Position numbers and translations under genes: made by a program. Below, piece after piece: positions 37,659-51,955 of a DNA stretch of 64,000 nucleotides. The notes under the pieces were generated by a model. It saw only the letters and a program-made list of their open reading frames with translations. It was not told the origin of the DNA and searched no databases. Each line of letters opens with the position of its first letter. Positions within the stretch are counted from its first letter, which is position 1. The stretch spans positions 124,001 through 188,000 of the forward strand of contig RHPI01003578.1 of the NCBI GenBank assembly GCA_009103225.1. Direction: 5' to 3'. The stretch is from Chlorokybus atmophyticus. Taxonomy: Eukaryota > Plantae > Mesostigma and Chlorokybus algae.

Positions 37659-40494
37659 ATGGACGGCGGCGGCGGCGGTGGCATGCGCGTGGTAGTCAAG
37701 CAGGGCGGGGCGGCGCCGCTGGAGGTGGCGCTGCCGCCCGCCTCGGATGGGGCGACGGTCGGGACCCTCAAGGAGCGGATACGGGAGCTGACTGGGATTC
37801 ACGTGCGCAAACAGAAACTCCTGCACAAAGGTGATTGACCGTTGTCTGTGTTAAGGTTCACACACTTGTTATGGAAGTCAGAGCGGTACGCTATCCAACT
37901 TAGCATGACTGCGTGTATACAAGCCAACAGAACTGAAGCGAGAACAGCATAAAGCAGCAGCGTATGCTGCAGTATGCTTCTATACTCGCACGTTTTGTCG
38001 TTTATGATGGTGCTGCACCAATGTTGGTTGATGCCAAGCAATCCTTGGTGTGCGTGACGGTTGTGAAAAATTGTTCAAGTGCACAACATATCAGCGTGTG
38101 TCAAGTCCTGTCTGTGTACGGGAACAATTGAACGACTCAGGGTTGCACCAAGCCACTCTGCCAACATAACATCACACTTGCAACCACAACCACATGATTG
38201 TACTATACGCTTTGGAGCTGGTCACATCAGTATGTAGCAAAGTAGTGAGAGCAGGAATGCCTAAAATGAACAAGCCACGCGTGCACGGACACTTGTAATT
38301 CGCAGGGGGCTGGCTTTGCATTGCATATTCCCTTGGCTTTTCGATCAGAGGCTTCGTCTTGTCATATCACTTCTGTTATCACTCAGCAACGTTGTTTGCA
38401 GGCAGAGTGCTGAGTGATGACAGTGAGACCCTCTCGCGCGCTGGCGTCGCTGATGGCGCCAAGATCATGCTCATCGCCCAACAACAGCCGCAGGTCTGGG
38501 AGAGGAGGGGGGGCAACAGACAGTAAACACAACCTGCATGTATTGTGCATACGTCTGGGTAGTTGTAGTCTACAGAACAGCAATGACGCATGCATATGCG
38601 TGCGTGCGTGCGTGTGCATCCGCGCACGCACACATGTGGTGGCATGTGTGCGTGTGCGTGCACACTCGTGCATATGCTTGCATGCACTTGCGCACATGTG
38701 CGTGTGCATGCGTGGGCGCGCGCGCAGCATCTCACTGCGTGTGTAGACTGCAGGAGCCGCCTCCTCCCGCACACAACCACAACCAACATCGACAAGCACA
38801 CGACAACTCGATGACGAGGAAGAAGCGGATAGGATCAGGCGCGCTTCACGCCTGGCATCCACTTCACCATCAGAGTGGACCAGGCTCGGGGGCGGGGCCA
38901 TCGTGTCCCTGCGATCCGCCAACCTCAAGGTGGGCGGTAGTACTTGCATCATATGTGTTTGTTGTTGTGTTGATTGACTGTTGTGTGTGGATGGATCACA
39001 CAAGTACTGCTACAACAGGAGCTGCCGGCGGGGATGTTTGAGGCGGTGGGGGAGGCAGCGCGGGTGTTGGATGCAGGGGACAATGCGCTGGAAGGCCTCC
39101 CGCCCGACATCGCCAAGCTCAAGAACCTCCAGGTGTGTATATTTTGTGCTTGCTGTTGCTGTCATTGCGTTTTATCCTGTGTCATGTGCTTTTCTTTCTT
39201 GTCTCCACTGTGTGTGCGCTTTCACATGTTTGTAACCGTACCACAAGTACTGCATACATGATGAGACGATTGAATAATTAGACTGTCATTTGAGAGTGAA
39301 GCAAAAATCAGACCAATGTTTGCTGTAGTGTTGCCTCGACTTGTCCCTTTGCAGCGAGCAATAATCATCCACCCAACTGATGATGGTGTGGTGTGCAGCG
39401 CCTGAGCTTGTCCAAAAACAGCTTAGCAGATGCGGGAATGAACTGGCCACATCTGTGCAGTTTACTTCGCTTGAGGGAGCTACTGTTAGAATTCAACAAG
39501 TAAGTGAGAGTGCCTCCGAATGCACTCACACTTACGTAAATGTTGTATAGTGTGCATCCTGCCAACATGATCACTCACCTGCAGGCTATCGGCGGTGCCT
39601 GCCGATATCGGCCGTCTGGCGCAGATGCGGCGGCTGTCTCTGGCGCACAATCAGCTTGAAACTCTCCCCAGGGCGATATCGGACCTGCGAGCGCTTGAGC
39701 GCCTCGACGTCGCACACAACAGGCACGCAGTTGGGCTGAATTTGGATTGCCTTTACCAGATACTGAGTTCACGCACTCTGTTGTATTGTTGGCGCGTGCC
39801 AATGACACAACACGGATGAACACGGTGTAACATGTTGCTTCAGACTGACCGAGTTGCCGGAGTCATTAGGAGACTGCGCTACTCTCATTGAGGTAAGCAC
39901 TTCCCTAAAATGGCCGTTTCCACACGGATTCTACAGCATACCACATCACAACTTCAGCCTTGACCGCATAGCACAGCACATTGCCACACTAACATTTTTC
40001 CCCGTTTTTTCATACGCACGGCTCTGGAAAGAGAGGGAACTGACACAACATGCAACACACACCCACGTTTTGCTCGTGCATGTGCAGTTGGATGCCAGCA
40101 GCAACAGGTTGAACGAGCTGCCGGACTCGCTCTCCCGTCTCGACAAGCTGCAGAGCCTGTTGTTAGACAACAACAACCTCACAAGCCTCCCTCCCACACT
40201 ATTGGCTCGTTGCCGATCTCTCCACACGCTCTCTATGCGCGGCAATGACATGACTATAGAGAACCTGAGACAGGTGTTGGTGATCAAAATTGTGTTGTGG
40301 AGTTGTGTTTGTCATGAGCGTGTGTTATGGAGTGAATGTGTGTGTGACTATGTCAGGTGGAAGGGTGGGATGCTTTTGATGAAAGGAGAAGGATCAAGTA
40401 CAGCAAGAAGATGGAATTGGGAGTGCTCATGGGTTCAGCGGGTTCGGGAGGGTTTGATGAAGGCGCGGATGCGCAAGAGTGGGAGCGATGGTGA
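37659..40494 (+). CDS. Ubiquitin-like + LRR protein (At2g30105-like), 9 exons
   Basis: UBL domain (MRVVVKQG...TVGTLKERIRELTGIHVRKQKLLHKG|RVLSDDSETLSRAGVADGAKIMLI), then LxxLPxxIxxLxxLxxL LRRs, then a C-terminal tail VEGWDAFDERRRIKYSKK...FDEGAD matching the plant family as recalled. An in-frame upstream ATG at 37563 is an alternative start. Confidence 0.88.
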
Positions 40495-40921
40495 TACAAC
40501 AAGGTCTCCGCACTCCCTCGTGCAACTTGTCTGCAAGCAAATGCATGCACAGGGGATGCTGAGATGTTGGGCACATGCAAGTCGTGAGACGCGCACAACA
40601 ATGCTCTTGGCGTTATCATGGTATAATCTGCCATGTACGGGCTCAGACTACACTCGCACAACAATACAAACACACCGTTCACTACTCAGTACCCTCTTCA
40701 TAACAGCAGTCTAGAACGTCTCTTTGTATTGAGACCCATAACTATGTACTGACAGCTGTATGATACAAGTCGCACCCAATCACCTGTCTCAGTGCATGTG
40801 CGTGTGTGCGCATATAAATCTGCCTTTGTGCGCGCGTACCCCGCGCACATGAGAGCGTGTGTGTGCGTGTGCACGTAAGCACATGCAGTTGTAAGGCCTC
40901 ATTTAAGGCAGTGTGTAGCGG

Positions 40922-42985
40922 CTAGCCCGGTATACTGTACATTGTAATGATGTTGGTGGTGCCGGCAACAAATACCGTTGCTGGAGTGGCCATGGAGCAC
41001 AACCAATTGACCTGAAAACATTGGCACACAATCTGTCAGTGCAGCCACTTACCCGCCTTGAACAAGCACAGCATAAGGGTGGACTATGTTGTAGTCGTCA
41101 TCGTGAAGCCGGCAGTTCACCTTGGAAGAGTGACGCACTGACCACAGCAGCCTCTTTGGCCTATCGCTACCATTGTTGGCATCCGTTGCATGCGCTGGTC
41201 GCCAGTCCCACAGCGCAACCTTCCGATCGTTCGCGCCCGACAACAACATGTTGGCCCTCACATCAGCATGCCCACCACATGCAAAGCGAGCAAACTCCCT
41301 GTATGCGATTTTGTACGAGTCATGTAACACGTATCATCAGGTTTGGTGTGGCATTGACGTCACAACATGCACCCACGCTGCATTTGCGTGTGCGCGCACG
41401 CGTGTGCGTGACACTTACACGCATGAGACTGAGGCAGTGTGGCCACCATCATCAGAAGTGAGGACCGTTATTGGGTTCTGGCTCCCACCATCACTCCTCC
41501 TGTGTTGTGCCTGCGTTCTCCCTCTCTTCGTATCGCAGTCGTACACGGCCACGTTGCCGTCGCCTCGGGCCGCGGCAACATAGCGCACGGTGTCGGCGTC
41601 CTCACCGCTCGTGGGGCAAGCGTTGGGAACTGCGAGAGCATGAACGAAGGGCGGGTTGCACATTGGAAGAGTGGCAGTGTTGGGGTCGCTGTTCGCAGCA
41701 GCAGCAGCCTCTTCATCTGCACATGAAGTGAGTTAAAAACACAACACAACACCGCAAAGTACAGCACAGCATAGCATAACACAACGACATGTCACCCAAC
41801 AATACAGTGCAGTATCACTCACTCACTGAGGTCCCACGTTTGCAACATGCGTCCGGAAGAGAAGTCCCAACGCACGATGCGCGCATCCAACCCGCCCGTA
41901 GTCACTGTTGTGTTGCGAGTCGCACTGTTGCCAGTTGTTACACTCAACAACACTTACCTTAACATACGGCAACAACAAGTCACCTTCCCATGGTTTCCGA
42001 GGATGAAACTGCACACTGCTGCATATCTGCACAAGGGCGTGTGCATAATTGTGTAAATGCGTGCGCGTGTTGCGCGTGCACGTGCGTCATTGTGCGCATG
42101 TGCGCTTGATCATGCGTGTTCGTATGCGTGGGAGTGTGCATGCATATACTTGCATGCGTGCACACACGAACATGCGTGTGTGCACGCATATGCGTAAGTA
42201 CATGTAGCACAACTGAGCGGATATCGCACGTTGGTGTGGTGGCGGCGCAGAGTCTTGTGCAGTTTGCCTCCATGGACATCAATCACACGCACGTCCCCGC
42301 TATCGTCCGCGGCCGCAAGAAACCTTCCCTTGCGATCCACGCTGATCTGATTGACCTCATCTGCGTTGTAACCAAACTCGCGCACGGCCTCACTCATCTG
42401 ATGACAGAAGAGATTGATTGGAACGAGCTCTCGCACATTGATATGCCAAACACGTTTATGCATGCATCAACTTGCCTGGCGAATATCAAAGCAGTGCACC
42501 GTCGAACCCGCGGCAGCGTACAGCACGTGCTCTGAAGCTGAATTGGGTGTGTTATAAACCATGGTGATGATGTTGATGGTGGTATAAAGACAGTCACTCA
42601 CTTGGGCAGAAGGCGAGCGAGGGGACGTCATTGGTGTCGTTGTCCTTGCCGTCATGGAGGAAGTGGTGTGCTGGGCGCTGAGTGCGGAGGTTAAACAGCA
42701 CACCGCCAGACCCCTGCTTGGAAGCCCATCAGCAGTCACATGGACGACGGCGACAAGCAGAAGCAGGAGGAGGAGGAGGAGGAGGAGGACACGTACACAC
42801 AACATACCCACATGCATGCACAGGCGTAGACACTAAGGCAGAAGCATGCACACCTCAGTGCCGGCGGCGAGGAGCGACGACGACGACGAGGCGGCAGTCG
42901 GGTGGGTGCAGCAGCAGAGGACGGCGGCGGCGGCCGCCCCGGCGTCCAGCCTCCCCGTGACCACCGCCGCCGCCGCCGCCGCCAT
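40922..42985 (-). CDS. WDR53: WD40-repeat protein 53-like (GTS1-like), multi-exon
   Basis: VLYAAAGSTVHCFD, YNADEVNQISVDRKGRFLAAADDSGDVRVID, HHTN|ICSSVQFHPRKPWE, CNPPFVHAL, AAARGDGNVAVYD, GHTASVSCV, LLSGANDRKVALWDW and HSSK|VNWL. Confidence 0.88.
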
Positions 42986-43511
42986 GGGCAGGAACGCGCA
43001 TACACGCGAGAGGCAGCGCAGGCAGTGCAAGGACCAAGGCCTTGAATCACAGTCAAGCTTGTGTCATGCTGGTGGCCTGTTTGATAATTGTTGTGTGAAG
43101 TGTGAAAACAAGGCTGGACTCCATTAACTGAAACAATGTTCTTCATCTTTGCACATGCAATGACAAAAAAGTACTCATGGTCGTCGCGCCATTGTTTCGC
43201 CCTTTGCCAAACTGATGCAGAGGTGAACACTTCGTTACCCCTTGTGATGAGAAGTTGCTTGCATGGTTCGGTTGTTGACTGTGTTGTGATGCTGTACCTG
43301 CGGCGTGCTCTCCAGGTAGAGTAGTTGCTCAAAACAGCAACAAAACAGACACGCACAAACAAAAGAGTGCAGGCGTAGCAACAGTGTGGACTTGACTCTT
43401 GCACATGAATGACAGCAGGACCTCTGTTGCGCATGAATTGAGTCGCAATGCTGCACCCCATGACTGATTGCGCATCAGAGATATGCTGCAATGCCAACAC
43501 AAATTGATATA

Positions 43512-46500
43512 TTACGTCTGTCTCCTGCAGAACACCATTATATGAAGAGCATTACTAAACTGATACTCAACCTCCCCTTCACCTCCACAAGCACCAACAC
43601 TCGCCGCTGTCGACACAACATCACCACCTTCATTGTCAATCCCATTCGCAAGCGCATGCCGAAAAGATACGGTTTGACACTCAAAGCCAACATCTCCGGC
43701 AGCACATCGCACGGCGTGCTCATTGCCATGGCGAAAAAGGTGGCAAAGAATGAGCCTCGCGTGGGGATTGTTGGTTGTTGATATCAACGCCGCGGCAGTG
43801 CGGAAAAGCTTCGGGAGATTTGATTCAGAGTAGACGACATCCGCACCAACAATGATATCAAAGAGTTTGATATTGATATCACTAATGTCATCCGGGTGGT
43901 CCCAGCGAAGGCGTTGTGTTTTGATGAGTTCGATTGTTGGGATTGACTCGACGTTGTGAGCGAGGTTCTTGCGCAGCAGTTCGAGCGTGTCCACATCACC
44001 ATCGGTGGCGAGGACGCTCCTGGCGCCAACAGCAGAGAGCGACATGGCGCACACGCCCGCGCCACCGCAACCCAACTCAATCACGTCCCTGGTGCGATGA
44101 GAGATGACTAGCATCAGGGATGAACCAATGCACCACCGCTTCAACTTGCCACTGACTCTATTCGACTCACGCACTCATGGCAATTGTATGCATGACAAAC
44201 TCCAGAGTGCGATGCACTGAATAAGTAAACAACCAAGTCCTTGCATATCATAACATCAGTGAGAGATGGGTCCTTGTAAATGTGACTGGGTGTGCGTGTG
44301 CGCGTGTGTGATTCAGCATTGCGTCCTCACTGTACTGAGAATTCAACACTGAGTCACTCAGTGAGAGCAAGTCGTACTTGTTTGCAAAGATTTGCGGATG
44401 TTTGTGAATGAATGCAGCCAGGGCGGTCGCGCCAGGCCAGAGCAGCAGGCCCGTGTTGGCTTGTGTGTGCTGGTGCTCCCCTTGCACGCACTCCACGCTG
44501 GCTACGCGCCCGCACACGCTCACTTCCACGCGCTGCACATGTCACTCCGCTATCAAATGCGTATGTACTGTGTGCACTCATAAAACCCACCTCATACTGC
44601 GGGTCCTGTGCAAACAGACTCGCAGATGACACATCCTCAAACCGTTCGTTCACATCTGCACCAACTCTGCGGAAGACAGCTTGTATCCATCTCCTGCATT
44701 GAATATGTGGTCAAGCTCTTGCGACAGGCACAACCACGCAACTGCAACATGTGATGTGTACACACCCACAAACAACAACACAACTTTACCTGTGCATGGT
44801 GAGATTGCGGGCTCTGTTTTCCAGATCGCGCTCGTGTGTGATCATCTCGTCACAAGCAAAGCCCTCTTTCTCGAACAAGGATTGAAGAAATTCTTCAGAA
44901 AAGTAGTACGCTCGCTGCAGCGTGGACACAATGTTTATGAGGGTGGAAGGGAGAATTGATGCAGAAAGCGCAACGACACACACTGATCGGGTGCGTGCTT
45001 ACTTACTGTCCCGTCACCGCGCACGTAAAAATGCTCATTGATCTTTTGCTCCTTCGCGTGAAGCCTCTCCTACGTGCACACACGCGTGTACGTACATACG
45101 TACGTAAAGCTACAACATGTATAGCAACCAATGAACAAGCCAAACCATACTTGAGCCAAGTCGCCCTCGGCATAATCACGCACAAGCACGCTCCCACCTT
45201 CCTGAACATAACACACACCAGATGAGATGTTACACACTTGGCAGCAAGGATACGACACTTATGCGCACATACCCGTGTGCACACGCACACGCACGCACAT
45301 GCGCATGCGCATGCACATGCACACACTCACCTTCAGAGCATGTCGTATGTTGCGAACAGCAGCCGGCATGCGCTCAGGTGCAATAGCAGACAGCACAAAC
45401 ACTGCCGTGGCAACATCAATGCTCCCCTCCGGCACGTTATTCATAACGCACCTCTCATCGCTCGCATCCTCCAACGTGACATCACACACGAACGCACGCA
45501 TGCGGGCCTCATCGTACAAACTGTTGGCACGCACGAGCCCGACAGCACGGGGGGAGAAGTCACACGCGTAGATGAAGATGTTGTTGTTGTTGTTGTTGTT
45601 GTTGTCGTTGTTGTTGTTGTTTGAGTTGTAGTATTCGAGGAGGGGGAAGACTGTGTTGCCGGCGCCGCAACCGACTTCAAGTAGAGTAAATGTGCGGTTG
45701 TTGTTGTTGATGTTGTTGTCGTTGAGCAGAAGGGCGGGGAACTCGCGGTGAAGGTAGTGGCGATCGCGGAAGAAACGCGCGTCGTGACGCTTGTAGAACA
45801 GGTCCTGAACGTGCTGATGTAAGTGTGCTGCAATAAGCGTGCCTGCAATGTGCCTGCAATGTGCATACAAGCGCGTGTGTGTATGTGTATGCGCATGCAC
45901 GCATGAGCGTGTGCGTGTATATGCACTTGGAAACGTTTGTGCGCGCACATGGGCTGATTGTGCATGTGTGCGCTCTTGTGCATGCACGTGCCAGTGAGAA
46001 TGAGTGACAAGTACACGATGAACTCAGCAAGTGCAGATGATGTGCATGCGCCCACATAGCTTGGTTCACACATTGACACCTCCCTTGCCCTAGTCTCATT
46101 GCACACAACAACGAACATGCATGCAAGCAGCTCCCAATCCACTAGCTCGTGTCTTGATCAATAACTTGGTTGGCACGAACTGAAAGCAACGTGAGTGAGA
46201 CTGTCCGCAACTGCTACAGCTCTGCAAGTACATGTACTCGCTACTACCTTGCAACACGCAATATCTCGTCCAAGCTGGACTATGCACATGGATTGGCTGA
46301 AGCAATCGGCCAATGTTTTCAAAGCAGGGAACTCTCTGCTTCCAAACTCCAGCAACGACCCATTGACAAGTGAGTGAGTGAGTGAGTGAGTGACTCACCC
46401 AGTTTCTGGCCGCCTCACGCTCGTACTTGGCCGCCCACCAGGCAGACACCCGCCCGTCGCTGTCCGGGTACAGAACCACACGCCCAGTACTCCCTCCTCC

Positions 46501-46728
46501 TCCGGCACCCTCCTTGTCCATCCCCTCGACCTTGTCGTCCTCCTTCTCTGCAGCCCTGCGCTCCTCCGCCATTCTCGCCGCCGCCGCCGCCGTCGCTACG
46601 GCCTCGGCCTGCGTGCAGCTTAGGCCGAAGCGGCGACAGCGGCGGCGGCGGCGGCGGAGGAGGAGGAGGAGCACGGGGAGGAGATGTTTCTGGAGGTAGT
46701 TGTTAGGCAAGCGAGGCGATGGGTGCAT
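43512..46728 (-). CDS. TRM140: TRM140/METTL2-METTL6-type tRNA m3C methyltransferase fused to a second, family-16 (METTL21-like) methyltransferase domain
   Basis: Domain 1: KYEREAARNW|DLFYKRH...FFRDRHYLHREF, LEVGCGAGNTVFP, YACDFSPRAV, VFVLSAIAPE, VRDYAEGDLAQ, RAYYFS, HR|RWIQ. Domain 2: TGLLLWPGATALA, VIELGCGGAG, VLATDGD, LRWD, IVGADVVY. The start could instead be 46572. Confidence 0.9.
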
Positions 46729-46964
46729 GGAGGACAATGCTGATGACAGCGCTATTGCCGCCAATCAAGCGGCGCTTGGTGTGCATTGCTGCTAGGCTTG
46801 AAACTTGAAGCCTCAAGCAATGCAGTTTGCTGCTGTTGAGAAGTGAGGTAAGCTTGCTCCTCTCAACCAAGCGTGTGTGTGTGTGTGTGCGCACGGACGC
46901 ATGCACGCCTGCATGCATGTATGCATGTGTGCTTGTGTTTGCGCACACACAATGTCAGACTCTG

Positions 46965-46967
<3 letters not shown>

Positions 46968-47012
<45 letters not shown>

Positions 47013-47013
47013 N

Positions 47014-47044
<31 letters not shown>
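46968..47044. repeat. (CA)n microsatellite
   Basis: About 38 CA units, one N. Confidence 0.97.
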
Positions 47045-47045
<1 letters not shown>

Positions 47046-47877
47046 CCTGGCGGTTATATAGGTGATATAGCAGCAAGTGTATCTGCTGATGGCCTGCGTG
47101 AATGCATGCAGGCATGCATGCCAGTCTTGAGCATGACGCAAATGAGTGCATATGCAACTGTATTAGCATAAGTAGTTATGCTACCCAGTACAGACACCGC
47201 AGTTGTAAAGTAGCTATGCCATCCAAGTTGATTATTAGCTTGTGAAGACAATTTAGACCACGTTGTTGGCTTCCAGTCCTTCGGTCGTGTGGCGGTCGTC
47301 ATGTTGCGCTTGTTTGACTAGCTGATACGCAGCTGTGCATTGCTTGGTGACCCATCAGCACTGTGACGTTAACTCATTATCTTCACTCTTATAGCTGTAT
47401 GCACAGTGCATTGCGCTGTAATTCATGCATGCCCCCCCACCCCACCCCTCGGGGCCCCTCTGTGTCTGTGTGCGTGTGTACATATGCATCCGCACTCCTT
47501 CCAACGTCGTGCACACCTTCCTTCATAAAATCTGTACATCATTGCGCCACTCACACACGCACGCACACGCACACAGGCGCGCACTCTCAAGCCTTACCAA
47601 GCTGCTTGTGGACTTGTATATGTATGTATATACATCGGCTGCAAAGCAAGAGGTTGCGGCATATAGATACGCCACAGTCAAATCTTGCAAATAAGCAGGT
47701 TTGGTGCTTCAATACTCAGTGCTTGCTAGGCTCTGCCGGCCTAAGGTGGGCCTTGGAGAATTAACTCTGGCATTCAATCGTTGGGTCATGCCCTGACCCC
47801 GACCCCTGGATGAGATGCCTAAGCCAATTCGTCAAGGCCCACCCAGGCCGGCCTGCAGAGTGGCCTCCAAAGCATTG

Positions 47878-48440
<563 letters not shown>

Positions 48441-49595
48441 TTGCGCGCGCAGGAACGACCACATTGACCGCTGATGGACAGGCATATCACTTGCATGCCA
48501 ATGCATGCTGATCAGCATCTGTGTAGGCGACATTGCAAACCCAAGCGTGGATTATTGAGGCAGGACTCTCCTCTTTGCGGGCTTTTTATACTCCCCAGCT
48601 TGAATGCTGAGTTGCAGCCTTTAGCATATGCAGGCTGAACCAAATTTCAAGCGCACATGCTGGCAAGGCGTGCATCTGTGCTGAGTGGCTCCGCACATGC
48701 TCGCTTGAAAGGAAGAGCTGTTCCTCAACCGCATGTGGGTGATGGCAAAAGGGAGAAGTTGATGTCGGTGGTGATGTCCTCAAGCCTTAACAACCTGACT
48801 CATGACGCGTGTTGGAGTCCATAATGAGGCGTGAAGGGTGAAGTCGTATGAAGCAATAGCAAGTGCAGTCAAGGTGGTCAACGCAAGCAACGGTGCTTGT
48901 GTGATCAAGCACAGCCGCCATTTGATGTGTATATCATGATCAATGGTGTTGGGGCTGCGCGTGCACTCCAGACTGCTTCAAACAAGGCTTACGTAAACAA
49001 AGTCAATCGAAACTACGCAAGTAACAATAGCATATAGACTGAAGGTAAGCAGCATAAAGCTCAGCTTCGTAGGCATTGTCTAGCAGCGGCTGCAGTCAGA
49101 AGAAGAGATAAAAAGGGATGCTGGCAATCTTGTCGGGCAACTGAACTGCAGGGATTGAAAGCATGGATCATATGCCTGTTGGTTGCACTCGTAAGCCACT
49201 CATGGAACAGCTTTACCCAGTGCCTTCTGGTGACTGAACTGTAGACAAAGACCAGCCTGAGACCCACCCGCACGTTGGGTGACAGACGCATTGCATGAAC
49301 AGCTTCATGGTGTCCATATTGCTCTGCAGGTGAACGACCGAGTAAATCAAGCTGCCTTGCACGATATTGCCACGCATATAAGACTGCACATAACAGCAGC
49401 AACACTACTCTGCAGTACTGGCAAGTCCAGTGCTGCATGCACAGCATGGCGTTGAGCATCACAGTAAAAACCAGTACAAAAAAGGCGACAGAGGCGCGCA
49501 CCTTATAACCAACAACGCAGTGTTTGCACTGCAAACAATCATACAGATTTGGACTGACTGTACAGATGGGACCAACACACACCCTCGCGCCCGTG

Positions 49596-51955
49596 TTAAA
49601 GACCAGAACCAATCTCCGCAAGCTCCAGCAGCTGCAGGAAAAAAAAGGGTCCACTGCCTGGAAACACCGCATGTTGGGTTTTGAACGAGTACGCCAACGC
49701 GGTTTTCGCAAACCCGCTGCCCCGACGCATGACAAGGAAGTCACATTTGGACAGCAGCCACCAGTCCCCGACAGCACCTATCAAGTTCTCGTGCAACTGG
49801 TCTTCAGTGAGGTGGCTTGCAACGGTGCGGTCGACGGGACCGGGCCGCACGGGCGTGGCGATCAGCTTGTCGGGGTAGTTGCGCATGGCCTTCACCTTGA
49901 GGTTGGCAGAGTTGGTGGCGAGGAACCACACAACACGCTGGCCGGGCTTCGCGTACGCCGCCGCGAGCTCCTCCGCCGAGCGGAAGTATGCGTAGTACTG
50001 CGTGCCCTTCTCGTCAAAGTCCTTTAGACGCACCTCGGTGTTGTACACCATCCACTTGGCCGGCACGATGATGTGTATCCCGATGCTAAACACGTTTGGG
50101 TCATCCAGCAACGAAACCCAGTCCTGGAACCGCGCTCTCACTGTCGGCGCAGGCCTGATCAGAGATGTGCATATGAGTGTGTATAACAAAACTCAGTTTG
50201 CAAACACTTGTGCCACAAACACGCCATGCTTGTGCCGTATATACAACAAAAACTTTATGATGATAGCCAATGCACCACACAAGGTGCTCACCGCATTATG
50301 AAGTGCAGGAAGCAGCTGAATGCTGTCTCTGCTTTCAACCCTTTCTCCCCAAGCAGCCGCGCCAAGGCTGGCTCTCTAAAAGCCATGCTCACTGCGCCGG
50401 AGTCCATCGTCATCACAGCAACATCCTCCTGCACCCAACCAACAATCGTTACACCAGACTCAAGCAACTTGAACGCAATGGAAGTGCATTACACCCACCA
50501 TAAGTCCGGTGGAAAGGTTGCCGAGGTGGCCTCCAAAAGCACCACCACAGTTCCAGTGTCTCCTTCTGATGTCACAACCGTGCCAGTTGTACAGTCCCAC
50601 GCGTGCGCTCTCATGCTCCCATGAGACGTTGCTTCCCCATTGGGGTTTGGTGGGGTTGGCAGGCATGTTGGGCATGCCCTCGTCCTTTTCAGGCCGGAGG
50701 AACACCTTGCTGGTGTAACCCCAGTTGATGTGTGGTGAGTAGAATGCGCGCTCAGCACGTGGCCAGTCCAGAAGGAACGCGCGGTTGGTCACGAGCGCAA
50801 ACATGAACGCCGTGACCATGCCCGTGAGCCTGTCGGAAAAGCCCCCGCACTGATCATCCTGGCGGCAGCGGTACACCACATAACCGTATGGATGCTTCTT
50901 GCGAGGAGTTGCACTTGTTGGTAGCGAGGCATTGGATGTGTTTAACAGCTCCAATTGCAGAAGCATGCGATGGTGGCCTGTGCTGCACTCAATCGCATAC
51001 GCCATTGCTTTGCGATGCATCTCAGCATAAGATGACATCCACGAGCCGCAAACTTCCTCCTCCTCAGCCAGCTCTTCAGAGTTAATCTTTAAGAGCATGG
51101 GTATCGGATCTGTTGAAGAATGTCATGTGCATTTGCTGCAAGTAGAACAACTGGGACTCGCACATAATAATACCTGCGGCAGTGAATGCTTGCATGTGTG
51201 CGATGTCAAATGCTGCTGTGTGAAGCTTTGTGGGAGGCGGAGATAGTGTTGATTCACCCGGTTGCAGCTCTTTCAGCTCTGAACTGCATTAATGCAATAA
51301 GTCGTAAGTTTTACAAGACACGTAAGTCTGCACCTTCAGCCCAAAATGTAATAAAGTTTGCGAAAAACAGCTGCACTGGTACCTATGTGACTCAACCGCA
51401 AATGCAGTGCGCAATGCCAGTAAACATTGTCCACACCCGCCATTAACTACAATCAGCCATGCCATACGCACTGACTAACATCATATCGTCCATGTGCAAG
51501 TTCAAATGTAAGTAGACAAAGAGCATCCAAGCGAAGAATACTTGTACCTATCAATCTGGAGGTTTGGTTCACTTTGTTTGTACAATGGGTATGTAAATGC
51601 CTTGTAGTTCGACATTGTTTGTACAAGGCAAGAAGTTGTACCGGTGGTGGTCTGGGAGGAGGCCGTCGGCGTCGGCCTGGGCGCGGAGGAGGTTGTCGGC
51701 TTCCCAGTCGTCGAGGAGGCGAGCGCGTGCGTCTGGCGTCAGCATGCGCAGCAGCTGGCTCTTCTGCCCCTGGGCCAAGGCGCACACCACCCTCCTGCTG
51801 TTGAACACGGCCGCCGCCCCAGCCGCCGACACAATGAGCAGCATCAACCATATCGCCCTGGTGCTCCCCACGCCGCCTATGCCCGCGCCTATGCCCCCGC
51901 CCACCCCCTGCTGCTGCGGCGGCGGCGGGCCGTGCCTGGGCCCCAAGCCCTGCAT
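49596..51955 (-). CDS. Type II membrane GT-B fucosyltransferase-fold protein (GT37/GT23-like), about 4 exons
   Basis: Signal anchor AIWLMLLIVSAAGAAAVF; CGSWMSSYAEMHR; YVVYRC...CGGFSDRLTGMVTAFMFALVTNRAFLLDWP; TAFSCFLHFIMR|P; IGIHI; VWFLATNS; AVGDWWLLSKCDFLVMRRGSGFAKTA. Confidence 0.75.
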
